Source: Paramoeba atlantica (lineage: Eukaryota > Protista > Discosea). Taken from it: a stretch of DNA of 64,000 nucleotides. Below the pieces are notes generated by a model, which searched no databases, had not been told where the DNA came from, and saw only the letters and a program-made list of their open reading frames with translations. The translations under genes were made by a program, and so were the position numbers. How positions within the stretch are numbered: the stretch's first letter is position 1; each line of letters begins with the position of its first letter. The stretch lies in NCBI GenBank assembly GCA_977017575.1, contig CDRNVI010000065.1, forward strand, positions 124,001 through 188,000, in the 5' to 3' direction. Positions 20,929 to 31,584 of this stretch are shown here, piece after piece.

Positions 20929-22320
20929 TTAGGATGAACGCATAAAAGGATTAACAAAGACGTACTTTTCCGGAACACATTCTTCTGCTTCGCCGAGACC
21001 AGGAATTTTACTTTCCACGCGAAATCGCAGAATATTATTGTTCGGGCAAAATTTGTGAATCTTCCATTTCTTTGCGTCTGTTAGCTCCTTGCGCTGCAGT
21101 TTCTGCAATACGTTAGACACAAGTGCGAGCTCAGCAACTCGAGCCTTTTTCCGGTCATTGAGCACAGGTTGCAAAACGGATAGAAGCTTTTCATGCAACT
21201 CGGAGTGCAGTTGCTTCCAAAGTGAATCCTCCCGCATAAGCGTATCCAAATTACGATTCGTGGCACTGTAAAAGGACTCCCTCTCCTTTTCGGTTAGACT
21301 TACTTCCGAGGGCATTTCCTGCACGTAGCTTGTAATCTTTTTCGCCACCTCACTTCGCTTTCTCCAAACCCGTTGGACAATCGCCTCCGCCCCGGTCTCC
21401 GCACTCTCTAAATCATTTTCCATAATCAGTGTTTTCAACGATCCGCACTGGGTGACATTTTTCATCACAATACGGTTCCCGTTCCCCCACTGCTCACGAT
21501 GGCCTCGCATTGCCTCTGTACTCCACAACACGACATTAATTTCATTCGCTGAGATTTCTTCCTCCTCCTCTTCCGTCTTTTTCCCAAAACCAGCGACCAC
21601 CGTATTTGGATTCATTTGAAACGAGAAACTCATAGGGGGCGTACTCGAGGGGGGGGCTTCTTTTTTTACCGCTTGGTCCTCTCTTTTTTTAGCGACCAGA
21701 AGGAACACATTCAACGGCCTGCCGCCGTGTTTCACCCTGCGCCACACCAACCCCCCCGAGGGAAGGGACCGGTAGTGGTCCGGGGTGTAGTCCTCCTCGT
21801 GGAGATGCGCCACCGTGGCTTTCGTGACGAAATGGGTCGGGGCGACGTGAAGGGTGTCTCCCAGGGCGGTGGACGGGGGCTCGAGCAGCACAAGGTACGG
21901 CACTTTCGCCACCTCCTCCCCTCGGGGCTCCAGCGCCATATCCCCCATGCGTCGTACCAGGTAGCAGAACCGGGGGGACCCGGGACGGTAGTCGGTCCGT
22001 AGGCGCTGCCGTATGAGGTCCCAGTTAAAAGGTTGTTTCCCGGAGGCGCCGGGGGTTGTAAAGCTGTCGGGTTCTTGTTTGAAAATATCGTCCAGATCAA
22101 TCATGGAGGAGATATCCTCTGGGCTACCATCAAAAAGCTCAGCCGAGGCGGGCCACGGGACAGACACTTCCTTCGCCTTCTTTGATGGGGTGTCCGTTTC
22201 GTTTTTTCTTCGTCGTTTCGCACGAAGGACATCGTCTAAAGTGGCTGTAATTTCGACAGAGTCTCCTCGGAGGCCTGTGCGCCGTGAATGGGGTGATTCG
22301 CCTTCGCTGGATTGACTCAT
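20929..22320 (-). CDS. hypothetical protein
   Basis: Long ORF on the cluster strand with an acidic/basic low-complexity N-terminus. The likely ATG is 22320 (MSQSSEG); family not recognised. Confidence 0.6.
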   Translation of the reverse strand: MSQSSEGESPHSRRTGLRGDSVEITATLDDVLRAKRRRKNETDTPSKKAKEVSVPWPASAELFDGSPEDISSMIDLDDIFKQEPDSFTTPGASGKQPFNWDLIRQRLRTDYRPGSPRFCYLVRRMGDMALEPRGEEVAKVPYLVLLEPPSTALGDTLHVAPTHFVTKATVAHLHEEDYTPDHYRSLPSGGLVWRRVKHGGRPLNVFLLVAKKREDQAVKKEAPPSSTPPMSFSFQMNPNTVVAGFGKKTEEEEEEISANEINVVLWSTEAMRGHREQWGNGNRIVMKNVTQCGSLKTLIMENDLESAETGAEAIVQRVWRKRSEVAKKITSYVQEMPSEVSLTEKERESFYSATNRNLDTLMREDSLWKQLHSELHEKLLSVLQPVLNDRKKARVAELALVSNVLQKLQRKELTDAKKWKIHKFCPNNNILRFRVESKIPGLGEAEECVPEKYVFVNPFMRSS

Positions 22321-22685
22321 GAATAAGTGAGAATAAAAAGAGATACGAGCTAACGCAGAATAATTAAAACAATATGTTGATGACCAATCATAATGCGTGG
22401 TTTCTTTTCTTCTGCTTACGAACAGATGTCCATTTGCAGAAACAGAACAGATCAGGTAATCTAAGTCAACTATAAAGATGCCGTACGTATATGCAGCACG
22501 TTCATACAGTGTTCGCAACCAGAAGATGAAGTGTTTTTTGTAGACAAATTTTAACTATACAGTAATTCTAGTAATTAAAAGAAAAACATTGATCTCGGAA
22601 TCGCGCCTTCATACACAAGCGATAGAATTTACAAGCGTAAGAATTTCCATTACGTTCGTCCGAGTTTCCATATTTTCTGTTTGCG

Positions 22686-25448
22686 CTATTCTACTTTCGG
22701 AACGCCTATTGTACATGAAGTTGAATCAAATGAAGGCAATACAGTGTAAAATTTTGAAAAATTGATAGATTGATATAGAAAATGTGAACAATCCGTAATA
22801 GACTGCCCTTGGAGCTTTTGGAGCAATATATGTATCGATCGCTTAAATTCCGCATGAGTCCTTTTGATGTTAGGTATGCTAAAATTATCATCTGGTCCGA
22901 GACCTTCGTCCAAGTGTAAAACCGAGTGTATCACATCTTGTATAGGAGAATGTTCTTTCAACAAAGTCGAGGTTTCGATACTTTTAGAGCTTTGCAGAAA
23001 GTCCAATTGCGACTTTTGAATCTTTGAGCCTCCGCTGAGATCTAAAAGTTTCCAGATGTGCTGAAGATTGTCACTTAGAAAGCTGTCAAGAAGCTTCAAA
23101 AGCTCCGGAAATGTAAAGATATCAGATTGCAAAATAAGGCGCTCCATCTTCGCTCGAAATTGTGACCAGTAATGCGCACACACGTGGTGCATGTAGTCCT
23201 GAAGAGCTGCTATCGCGCACCACATTTCATGTACCATCAGAACCGATGCACGATCACATGCACTTTCCGACGATCTGAAATGAGAGGTCTTATTAAGTCG
23301 GGAAACTTTCTTCCATACATTTAAGACACTACGCTTCGCAAGCATTAAGTCGTATATGATAGCGCTGAGCCGTTCAAGTTGGTCCAGCACATGGGGGACG
23401 AATATCACGTTAAATACTTTCGGCGGAACGTATTTGACCCTTATAAGGCTACGGACACGTCCAGGTAAATCTTTCTGTTTATATCGCCGCACCAGTAATC
23501 CTGCTAAATGTTCAAAAAGAATTTTCGGCTTAGATGACTTGATTACGAAATCTGTTAGTCCATGTAATTGAAGTGCGTGAAGAGGTACCTCACGACCCAT
23601 AAGGTTACCCTCAATTGTCCTATTTATGGCTTCATCAACAAATGACGCATCCCCGCCGAGAGCGAATTTATAGAGACCAGTAAGGAATTCTTTCAAGGGC
23701 AAATCCTCCAGAAGAGTCTTCTTCCACCGATTACTAATGGAATTTCGAAGGATGGGCAGTAGTACATGCAACTCCCGTGTTTCCGGTAGCGTTCCATTGC
23801 ACTGAAAGTTGGAACAACTCTTTGTCCCTAAGCATCCCATCAACTGAAAAAAGTTAACGCTTTTCCCGAGGTAGAGGACTTCTTCAATGATTTCTTCGGT
23901 GAACGGTATTGAGATCCCAATAACACACAAAGGTGGAAGCTTATCTCTCAAGATACTATATTTATGCTCCCACCATTCTGAAGAGTCATTTCCAATGCTT
24001 TCGCTCTCCTTAATGAAAAACTCATGACAGGGATCATAAATCTTTCCATCTACTACCCAGCCACGGAGAAACGCAAGGAAAGGTTCGCACGAAGCATGAC
24101 ATAATTTTACAGACAGCTTTGATACAGAATCGTTAGTTGCAGATTCCGAAATAGAGGTAAGCTTTTGTAGCACGCAGCATCCCTCGCTTTCCCCAGTTTC
24201 ACGCAAAATGTACAAAACACTTTCGAGAAAACTAGAAGATGTCCGACACATTGTCACCATCTGGGGAAGCATGATTGGCAGATTTGTTCCAAGCACTTCC
24301 CCGATTGAATCCTTGTATGTTTCTAGTTCTTGAAAGACAGATGAACGCATTTTTTCGTGGGTTAACGAGGGAGTTCTAACAATATTTCGTTCCGCAACGC
24401 GTTCTCCCTCGTTCCGCAAATTTTCTCCCTCTAAGAGTTGCTTTATTTTGCGAAACAGAATACCTGGTTCTTGTAGTTCTTTCAGCGTAAATTCATCTTG
24501 TGGAGATGCCGCAAAGGATGGCTTAAACCTAAACCCAGTTTTCCCCCACTCGATGACTTCACCTTGATCACAGCCCAACCAACTCCACAAGATATCACGA
24601 AATAGCTGTTCACGGTCAATTGGCTTTGGAGAAGTAATTACCCGATTTTCTTTTTTCGAAGGCCTCGCTTTCCCGCCCAATAAAAGAGTTTTATGGTCAC
24701 TCGAGATAGAGACATTTTCGCGAGATTGCATAAGGGAAGGCATTCCATTAGGTTGAGCATAGTTTTGCGTGAAAGAAACCCCACTTTGGGACCCTGGCAC
24801 ATTCCTTTGTCGAATACTTTCATCTATGGTCGCTAATCGCTCTCCATGGTTCGTCACAGCGTACGTTTGCCTCGGGTGTGTAGAAACGCTCACGCCTTTC
24901 ACTCCGCCTTGCTCATTGATCACCCTGGGCATTCGTCCAATCTCCGTCGGAGAACTAGAGTACGAGGGTAGTTCGTATTCCGAGATGTCTACCATCATTC
25001 GAGAAGGTGATGTCTCAAGACCCCCCACGCCAGCCCTACCCTGCGTAGGAATGATCTTTGGCGTCCCTCGCGCAGAAACCTGTGAATGTGGTGAATTAAC
25101 CCGTAGCTCTCTTTCCATGCTATTTGCGTTCGTATTACGAGAAGGTAGCGTATTCCCCGATCTTCGAGCCACTCCGTGATCAAGCCCACTATCGTATCTG
25201 TTCTGTACTGCGATTTCGGACTGCTGCGAAGCGTATTCATTTTTGGAGGATGGACCGCGTGATGCAGCACGCGGAGGAATGAATAAATCCGCTTTGTGCT
25301 TTTGTCTGGCCGGAGACGCTGAAGGAGATGCTTCTAACATATTTGTCGGCTCTTTCTTGCATGAGTGAACAGGGGTTTCCAGCACAGAACATGGTGTACT
25401 GTCAGAAGATCCATAGTACGTTACCCTGTCTTGATCCGGAGTGTTCAT
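22686..25448 (-). CDS. gamma-tubulin complex component (Spc97/Spc98 family, GCP3-like)
   Basis: GRIP-domain motifs FLAFLRGWVVDGKIYDPCHEFFIKE, WWEHKYSILRDKLP and FALGGDASFVDE. Confidence 0.75.
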   Translation of the reverse strand: MNTPDQDRVTYYGSSDSTPCSVLETPVHSCKKEPTNMLEASPSASPARQKHKADLFIPPRAASRGPSSKNEYASQQSEIAVQNRYDSGLDHGVARRSGNTLPSRNTNANSMERELRVNSPHSQVSARGTPKIIPTQGRAGVGGLETSPSRMMVDISEYELPSYSSSPTEIGRMPRVINEQGGVKGVSVSTHPRQTYAVTNHGERLATIDESIRQRNVPGSQSGVSFTQNYAQPNGMPSLMQSRENVSISSDHKTLLLGGKARPSKKENRVITSPKPIDREQLFRDILWSWLGCDQGEVIEWGKTGFRFKPSFAASPQDEFTLKELQEPGILFRKIKQLLEGENLRNEGERVAERNIVRTPSLTHEKMRSSVFQELETYKDSIGEVLGTNLPIMLPQMVTMCRTSSSFLESVLYILRETGESEGCCVLQKLTSISESATNDSVSKLSVKLCHASCEPFLAFLRGWVVDGKIYDPCHEFFIKESESIGNDSSEWWEHKYSILRDKLPPLCVIGISIPFTEEIIEEVLYLGKSVNFFQLMGCLGTKSCSNFQCNGTLPETRELHVLLPILRNSISNRWKKTLLEDLPLKEFLTGLYKFALGGDASFVDEAINRTIEGNLMGREVPLHALQLHGLTDFVIKSSKPKILFEHLAGLLVRRYKQKDLPGRVRSLIRVKYVPPKVFNVIFVPHVLDQLERLSAIIYDLMLAKRSVLNVWKKVSRLNKTSHFRSSESACDRASVLMVHEMWCAIAALQDYMHHVCAHYWSQFRAKMERLILQSDIFTFPELLKLLDSFLSDNLQHIWKLLDLSGGSKIQKSQLDFLQSSKSIETSTLLKEHSPIQDVIHSVLHLDEGLGPDDNFSIPNIKRTHAEFKRSIHILLQKLQGQSITDCSHFLYQSINFSKFYTVLPSFDSTSCTIGVPKVE

Positions 25449-25801
25449 TAAATTAAATATTTTAGAACTGTTCTAATAATTTCTATTGCAAAAGACCCTT
25501 AATGTTTCGTAAAGAAAAACTTGTTACAGAACATACGTGCTGCCTCCCTTCTTATTGTCTCCTGTCTTAAATCTAGGCAAGACGTAAAATAGAGAAAAGT
25601 GGGGGGTATCATCCGTGTACTGCTTAGAAAAAAGATTTTTAAACGTCAAATTCTTACATGGTGTGTCAAAGGTGTATAAACAAGTTCATCTTATTCTTGA
25701 GAAAATATCAGAGGTCCCTAAAACTATTCATAGATAGTTTATAGTGATTCAAGAAAATTTATAGTACTATAAACCTCGTTTATAGTACTATAAACACTAT
25801 A

Positions 25802-26560
25802 CAGGGGGGATCACCAATATCGGGACACCCGCCATTTTTGGGCCGTGGGTCCGTTTCACCTGATTTTTGTTGCAAAAGAGAGATCTCGACGCGAATATGA
25901 TCGGAACGACATTTTGCGCCTATTTAAACACACATAAAAAGTAGGGTGTGTACGACAAAAATGATTTTTTTCAAAATTTGCACATTTGAAAATGTGGATA
26001 AAAATGTCTTAAAAAGCATTGAAAAAGTTATTTAGTATGAAATAACCCCTCCGTTACACTTTCGTAACTCTTCTAACCGTTTTGGGAGGCTCTTCAGAGT
26101 CTTCTCTAGGATATCCCGCTTTTCGGTTAGGAGATATTCAATAGCCTTGGGTATATAACATTGCTCTTTCCGCAATTCATCATACATGCTGTTTCCCTCA
26201 TAGACTTGCCTTGATGCACTTCGTGCGCGCTCACAATCCGTGTGCCGCAGGATGCATGCTCGGGGGATACATGACGGAAGTTTAATCTATGTCGTTTTCC
26301 CATTTGGAACTTAATAAAAGAGAATTGTATCCTTTAATAGACAATTTTAACGGGATTTGCACAATTTTTACATAAATTTGCATATTTTTTGAAGATTTTT
26401 TTTATTTTTTTTATACCATATTTTACAAGTGTGTTTAAATAGGCGCAAAATGTCGTTCCGATCATATTCTCGTCGAGATCTCTCTTTTGCAACAAAAATC
26501 AGGTGAAACGGACCCACGGCCCAAAAATGGGAGGTGTCCCGATATTGGTGATCCCCCCTG
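25802..26560 (-). mobile_element. Tc1/mariner internal-deletion derivative nested in the hAT-like element
   Basis: ~130-bp near-perfect TIRs starting CAGGGGGGATCACC, flanked by TA. The interior (26303-26032) encodes a Tc1-like N-terminus MGKR...KSMRETACMMNCGKSNV fused to a C-terminus TLKSLPKRLEELRKCNGGVISY*. Confidence 0.85.
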
Positions 26561-26581
26561 TATAGTACTATAAAAACTATA

Positions 26582-27159
26582 CAGTGTTCGCAAAAATTTG
26601 TGAACTTTTTGTTGTGCAACTTTTGAAATTGTTGCACAATAAAAAATTCACCAATTTTTGTTGCACAAATATTAGTGTAGAATTTTTTTTGTTGAGGAAA
26701 ATGTAGGCGGTATGGATAAATCCAATCCAATACAAATCATTCCGGGTTGCTCCGGACGGTCGCTGGTAAGCCACACTATTCACAGATAGATTTGGAATAG
26801 TAATGGAAGGCAATTCGGTGTGAATAGTAATGTAATGTGTGTGTATATTCGGACGCGTGGTAAGTATTAATAAAATATTTGCGTTTGAAAAGAAAGTTAA
26901 ACACAAATAAAAAAGGATTTAGGCACAATCATTCAGAACTGCTAAAGAAAACCAAGGGGAACTGCTAAAAACCATGGGGGGGTATGCTATTGGCCCTGGG
27001 TCACGATACCATGCCCCCGAGCTCACAGGTATTCTAAAGCGGACCCTCTTTTAGGTTAAAAAAAGTTTTGATTTTAGAATTTGGGCAAAAAAATTAAAAT
27101 GAAATTTCCATTTTTAAAAATGTTGCACAATAAAAAATTCACAAATTTTTGTTTTCCTG
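26582..27159. mobile_element. second MITE-like insert within the hAT-like element
   Basis: Imperfect ~38-bp inverted ends (CAG..CAAAAATTTGTGAAyTTTTTrTTGTGCAAC). TA is present on the left side only. Confidence 0.45.
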
Positions 27160-28034
27160 TTTTTTGTTACACAAATAATTGTGTTGAGTGTATGGTGTTT
27201 ATCAGTGTTTCATGTCCAGAAAGGCGCGCGGTAGACAGATCGGTCGATGGACCTGAAGGAATTTCGCGGGGCAGGAGAGAGCCGATGGAGGTGTAGAGGC
27301 TTAGAGGGGTCACGTGATGTCAGGTGGAGCAAGTGGTGTGGTTACGCTGACGCGTAGGAAAAAGAGAAAAAGGTTGTAGTTTGTGTGCAGAAATGGAAAA
27401 AGACGGGATCCTATAGCTCACAACAAGTTCTTCCCATAATGCTCTTTCCTTGTACCGTGCAAACCGCATTACAGTTGTCCTTCAACGAGTTCCCTTTAGA
27501 TCACTCGTTGGATCCTAGACGTGGCGTATTCAATGGCAAGGTAAAACACAAAAACACATCGCAGAGCCTGCAAGATTCAATATCTGCAAAATTCATAATC
27601 TTTTGAAGAAATTTGAAGAATCACTTACCCCCTATTTCACATTTACACATTATACTTCGGCAGGAAAAGCGACCTAAGAAGACAAGGCGTCTGGGCTGGA
27701 ACACATCTGAAATTAAAGTAGGTCGACTTCCCCATCGACTTCAACGAAGTGTGAAAAAAGGATTTGAGCTTGACCACGACGCTTGTTGGGCATAGTGATG
27801 AGAAACATAGTGACAAAAAGAAATTGCGTCGAGTCGGCATTTGAAGCAATACTTTCAGAAAAAACTTACTAAGAAAAATAGTAAAGACATACAGTGTATA
27901 GTTTTAATATACACCTGTATAGTATTTCAAAGTTTATAGTACTATAATAGTACTATAATAGTACTATAAAATAGTTTTTGTGATTTTACGGACCTCTGGA
28001 AAATATTTTCCAACCTCACTCATTTTCATTCTTT

Positions 28035-28865
28035 TTATTTGTATTCTGATGGTAGGGTTTCAAGTAAATCCTTCGAAAAACAATTTAACCCTAGCTTAAG
28101 TTCTTTCAATGCAGGGGGTAGGCAGTCCAAATGCGAAAAGTCAGTAAATTTATTATCTTGCAAGGTGAGATACTTCAAGCTCAGCGGAAGAGCTTTTAAG
28201 CAAATGCACCCTGTCAGGCGATTTTCTTGAAGAGAAATATTGATGATCGCCTCCGGGAGAGAGCCCAATTCAATATTTCCAGTTAGCTCGTTGGAATGAA
28301 AATCAATGATTTCAAGAGATTGGGGTAAATATCGAAGTTCCACCTCGCCACTAAATTTGTTATTCGAAAGTATGAGAGATACAAGAGTACAGGGTAGGCC
28401 GGAAAGATGAATGGGGCCAGTCATGTAATTTTGATACCCATACAAATCTTCCATATGCAAAGGTAGCTCATCCAAATCTAAGGTGTTTCCAAATTGATTG
28501 AGCGACACATTGAGAAGTCGAAGATTGGGCGGAAACTCCGCGGGGAGAACGGTACCAGACAATTTATTGTCGTTCAAAAAGATTTTCTGCACACTCGAAG
28601 GAAGACTAAACCATGATACCTTTCCACGGATTCCATATCGACTCCACCACATGCTAACAACTTGACCATTTGCATTGCATCTAACCCCTGCCCAAGAAGA
28701 TACAGGAGAATTCTCTTTCCATGTAGAATGCGGATTTTCGATGTTGGAAAGAAACTGGACTAATAACAAGTCTGCGGGCAAATTTACTTTGCTAACTCTC
28801 TGCGCTTTCCTTTGCACCACGGATTCTGAAGTAGCTATTCTACGTACTCCACCGCACATGTTCAT
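28035..28865 (-). CDS. LRR-only family protein, paralog A
   Basis: 276 aa, with IENPHSTW...WAGVRCN cap and LRRs; near-identical to 31585..32415. Confidence 0.85.
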   Translation of the reverse strand: MNMCGGVRRIATSESVVQRKAQRVSKVNLPADLLLVQFLSNIENPHSTWKENSPVSSWAGVRCNANGQVVSMWWSRYGIRGKVSWFSLPSSVQKIFLNDNKLSGTVLPAEFPPNLRLLNVSLNQFGNTLDLDELPLHMEDLYGYQNYMTGPIHLSGLPCTLVSLILSNNKFSGEVELRYLPQSLEIIDFHSNELTGNIELGSLPEAIINISLQENRLTGCICLKALPLSLKYLTLQDNKFTDFSHLDCLPPALKELKLGLNCFSKDLLETLPSEYK

Positions 28866-29143
28866 GGAGTGTGAAATTATCTATTGACTATGAAAAGATT
28901 CAGAATATTGTAAAGCAAGATAAATAGTGTAGAATAGTGCCGTATTTTTCTCATTGTGTCACAAGGTTCGTTCAACCAAGGTAGGGAGGCGCTCGAGTGA
29001 AAAGGACCTCATATTCGGAACGATTGGGTCGAAGAACGGTGTTATACCAAATATTTCCAAAATCGGACAAAATACAAGACCTGCAGAGGAGGGGTAAAAG
29101 AGGCTGAACACCACGGTATATTTTTCTTTTTTTTCCTTTATTA

Positions 29144-29368
29144 TAAACCCCCGTCCGGGTTAATGTACCCCCCCCCGGTACAATAACTAGCCACAGGTAC
29201 AATACAAAAGTATAGTGTACGTAGCTACAGGTACAATAAAAATTCCGAAAATTAACGAAAATAGTGAAAAATAAAAATAGGTACAATAAAACCAAGCGTT
29301 CCCACTTATTGTACCCCCCCCCCGGTACAATAGCGAGCTACAGGTACTTTAAAACGGTACGGGGTTTA
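29144..29368. mobile_element. 225-bp MITE-like element with internal GGTACAATA repeats
   Basis: Inverted ends TAAACCCC(C)GT..CG..TTAA.GTACC, with TTA on both flanks. Contains five GGTACAATA copies and two TGTACC-(C)n-GGTACA hairpins. Confidence 0.5.
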
Positions 29369-29576
29369 TTACTGTGTTCCGGGCCGTAGGGATAATGATT
29401 TGACGAAAAAATGATTTTTTCGAAAATGGTTCCGATACGTTTTTACGTTATTTACAGAGTTATAACCATATTAAGCGTATCAGAGAACATATTTTCATTA
29501 TAAATTACGTCACCATTACGTCGCCACATTGGCTCAGTAATACACCATATTGATTCACTTTACCAAAGATTTTCAC

Positions 29577-30022
29577 ATGGATTTCAACTGTTCTGCGTGT
29601 GAGAACTTTCTCTGTGTTCAGTTCTCTGCACTGTTCTTGGTTTAGATGCCTTCAATGAAGCCGTTGTAGCTGCTTAGTTGATAACACATCGAGTAGTCTA
29701 TAATAATCATGTCTGTCCCAAATGCAAGGAAGTAGTTATGGTACTAGACCTTAAAGCTGGCATGTTGAAATGTCCATCTAGGTGCTAGAAACGTGTTCCT
29801 GCCCTAGGTCCATATCTCAAGAACTACGCTAAACTTTCTTCTGTATCTCAACTAGGAACGAAGGATAACATGCCTGCGAGCGCAAAGGGGTTCTACGTTG
29901 TGCTGTCCATGGTACGCGGGACTACTCGCAAGGCACTTGCAGAGGAATTGCCATTAAGCGATAAAACTATTACCGAGCTAACACAGCGTATCGAACGAGG
30001 TACAACTGTGCACAACACTTGA
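29577..30022 (+). pseudogene. decayed Merlin-like transposase N-terminus
   Basis: With a frameshift and stops it reads MDFNCSACENFLC...HVCPKCKEVVMVLDLKAGMLKCPSRC...TRKALAEELPLSDKTITELTQRIE, which aligns by eye to the N-terminus of the 30462..31421 transposase. Confidence 0.6.
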
Positions 30023-30363
30023 AATTTTTAAGAGTTTTTAAGCTAAAAACTTTACTATTGAGTTTTTTAAATAAAAGATTCTGAAAAGATTCTCTGTAAA
30101 CTAGTATGCCACTTGTGCTCTCGTGACCCAGAGGTTTCATCACAAAAGCGGGTAAGTGGGGTACTAGTATATCTAATGGGGGGTAACGGTATACAAAAAA
30201 TTACTAACAAAATACAGAAAAGTGGGGTAAATTATCCGTGTACTGTTTAAAAAAATGTTTTCAAAAAAATTAAATTCCTTACATGGTGTATCAAGGGTGT
30301 ATAAACGACTTCATCATATTCTTGAGAAGGTATCTTCCTACTTCAAACTTTTTCATTTTTTTC

Positions 30364-31578
30364 GGTCGGATTGAACGAATAATGTACAAAATTTCAGTTT
30401 TCAGAATTTTTAAAAAGACGATATTTTCCCTTCGATCATTATCTAACAAAAAATATGCTTCTTACTGCAGAACATAATGCGCACAATACACGCGAAGATC
30501 CTCCAAAACTCGCTTCAAAACACTTGCTCCATTCACCCGCAGAGATCCGTTACATTTTTCTGCCAGGGCGCGCACACGCTCATGCCGGTTTTCATTGCTT
30601 CTACCAAGTTGGCCGCCACAACGCGTCAAAGTTCTCTTCAACATGCTGTTTGCTCCTTCTACGGTGTTAGTGTGCACACCGGAATCACTGATCCACTCAT
30701 TTCTGTGGATAACCGAATCCCATTGATACTTTCCTTCAAGAAAATTGTTGTGCCTGGCCCCGTCGGTATGGATCCGCGTACGCGAGGAGGCACACATAGC
30801 CTCGATGGGGGGAATTAAGTGTTCTGCGCTTTTTTGAGGCACAGGCGTGACATGTATCTCCGTCAGCTTGCTGTCACGAGTACATTCGGCCAGAGTCTGA
30901 ACTATCTGGCTACCACCAGCGCGTACCCGCTGGTTTCGGTTTTTTCCCCCTCGCTTGATCTTTGAGAACCACGTCTCATCGACTTGCATAAAGGATACTG
31001 TTCCCTCGGCGTTCCGCTGACGGATTTTATGAACCTCAGACAATGATTTTTCGATAATTTGGCTTTGCAAAACTACAGTTCTTTGAGAGACTTCTTCTTC
31101 CTTTGCAACTTCTGTTCCCAGCATGCTATAAGAAAAGGAAACGATCCCAATTAGAATCTGCTTTGCGGACACCTTTGTCTTTGAGTGCTTGAGAGGACCG
31201 TCCTGTGACATCAAATTGCGGCAGGAGCGTACTGGGCAGTGGAACTTGCCTCCCTTCAGATTACACAATACCCGCTCATGCCCACGCTCGCAGGAAACGC
31301 TTTGTACAGTGAGTTTGTGGTTTCGCATCCACAACATACACGTTTCCTCTGTGGCAGAGCCGACTGAAGTCAAGCGAATTCGAGCAGCGCAATCAAAACG
31401 AGGGCAACCTGTGCAGTTCATTGAAACCTTAGAGAAGCAATACTAGCCGTAATTTTAAGATAAAAATTGACTAATAATCCAAAAAATTCATACATATCAC
31501 CCTAGGAAACACAAAAAAGGATTTCATAAAAATTTAAAATTATTTAAAAAAAGTGTACATTATTCGTTCCATCCCACC
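30364..31578 (-). mobile_element. Merlin (IS1595/IS1016-like) DNA transposon, apparently intact
   Basis: 25-bp TIRs GGTCGGATTGAACGAATAATGTACA / GGTGGGATGGAACGAATAATGTACA (23/25). 8-bp TSD TTTTTTTC at 30356-30363 and 31579-31586. Confidence 0.9.
30462..31421 (-). CDS. Merlin DDE transposase (DDE_Tnp_IS1595 family)
   Basis: N-terminal Cys motifs, QVDETW (D), HTDG (D), and HTNTVEGANSMLK (E). Confidence 0.88.
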   Translation of the reverse strand: MNCTGCPRFDCAARIRLTSVGSATEETCMLWMRNHKLTVQSVSCERGHERVLCNLKGGKFHCPVRSCRNLMSQDGPLKHSKTKVSAKQILIGIVSFSYSMLGTEVAKEEEVSQRTVVLQSQIIEKSLSEVHKIRQRNAEGTVSFMQVDETWFSKIKRGGKNRNQRVRAGGSQIVQTLAECTRDSKLTEIHVTPVPQKSAEHLIPPIEAMCASSRTRIHTDGARHNNFLEGKYQWDSVIHRNEWISDSGVHTNTVEGANSMLKRTLTRCGGQLGRSNENRHERVRALAEKCNGSLRVNGASVLKRVLEDLRVYCAHYVLQ

Positions 31579-31584
31579 TTTTTT

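Larger units (their letters stand above)
25709..27998. mobile_element. hAT-like non-autonomous DNA transposon with nested insertions
   Basis: TIRs CAGAGGTCCCTAAAA / TTTTACGGACCTCTG (14/15). 8-bp TSD GAAAATAT at 25701-25708 and 27999-28006. TATAGTACTATA palindromes cluster at both subtermini. Confidence 0.8.

Noticed and set aside
348-25270. Many short plus-strand and alternative-frame ORFs in the track
   Set aside because: They are antisense or out-of-frame shadows of long, recognisable minus-strand genes and have no motifs of their own.
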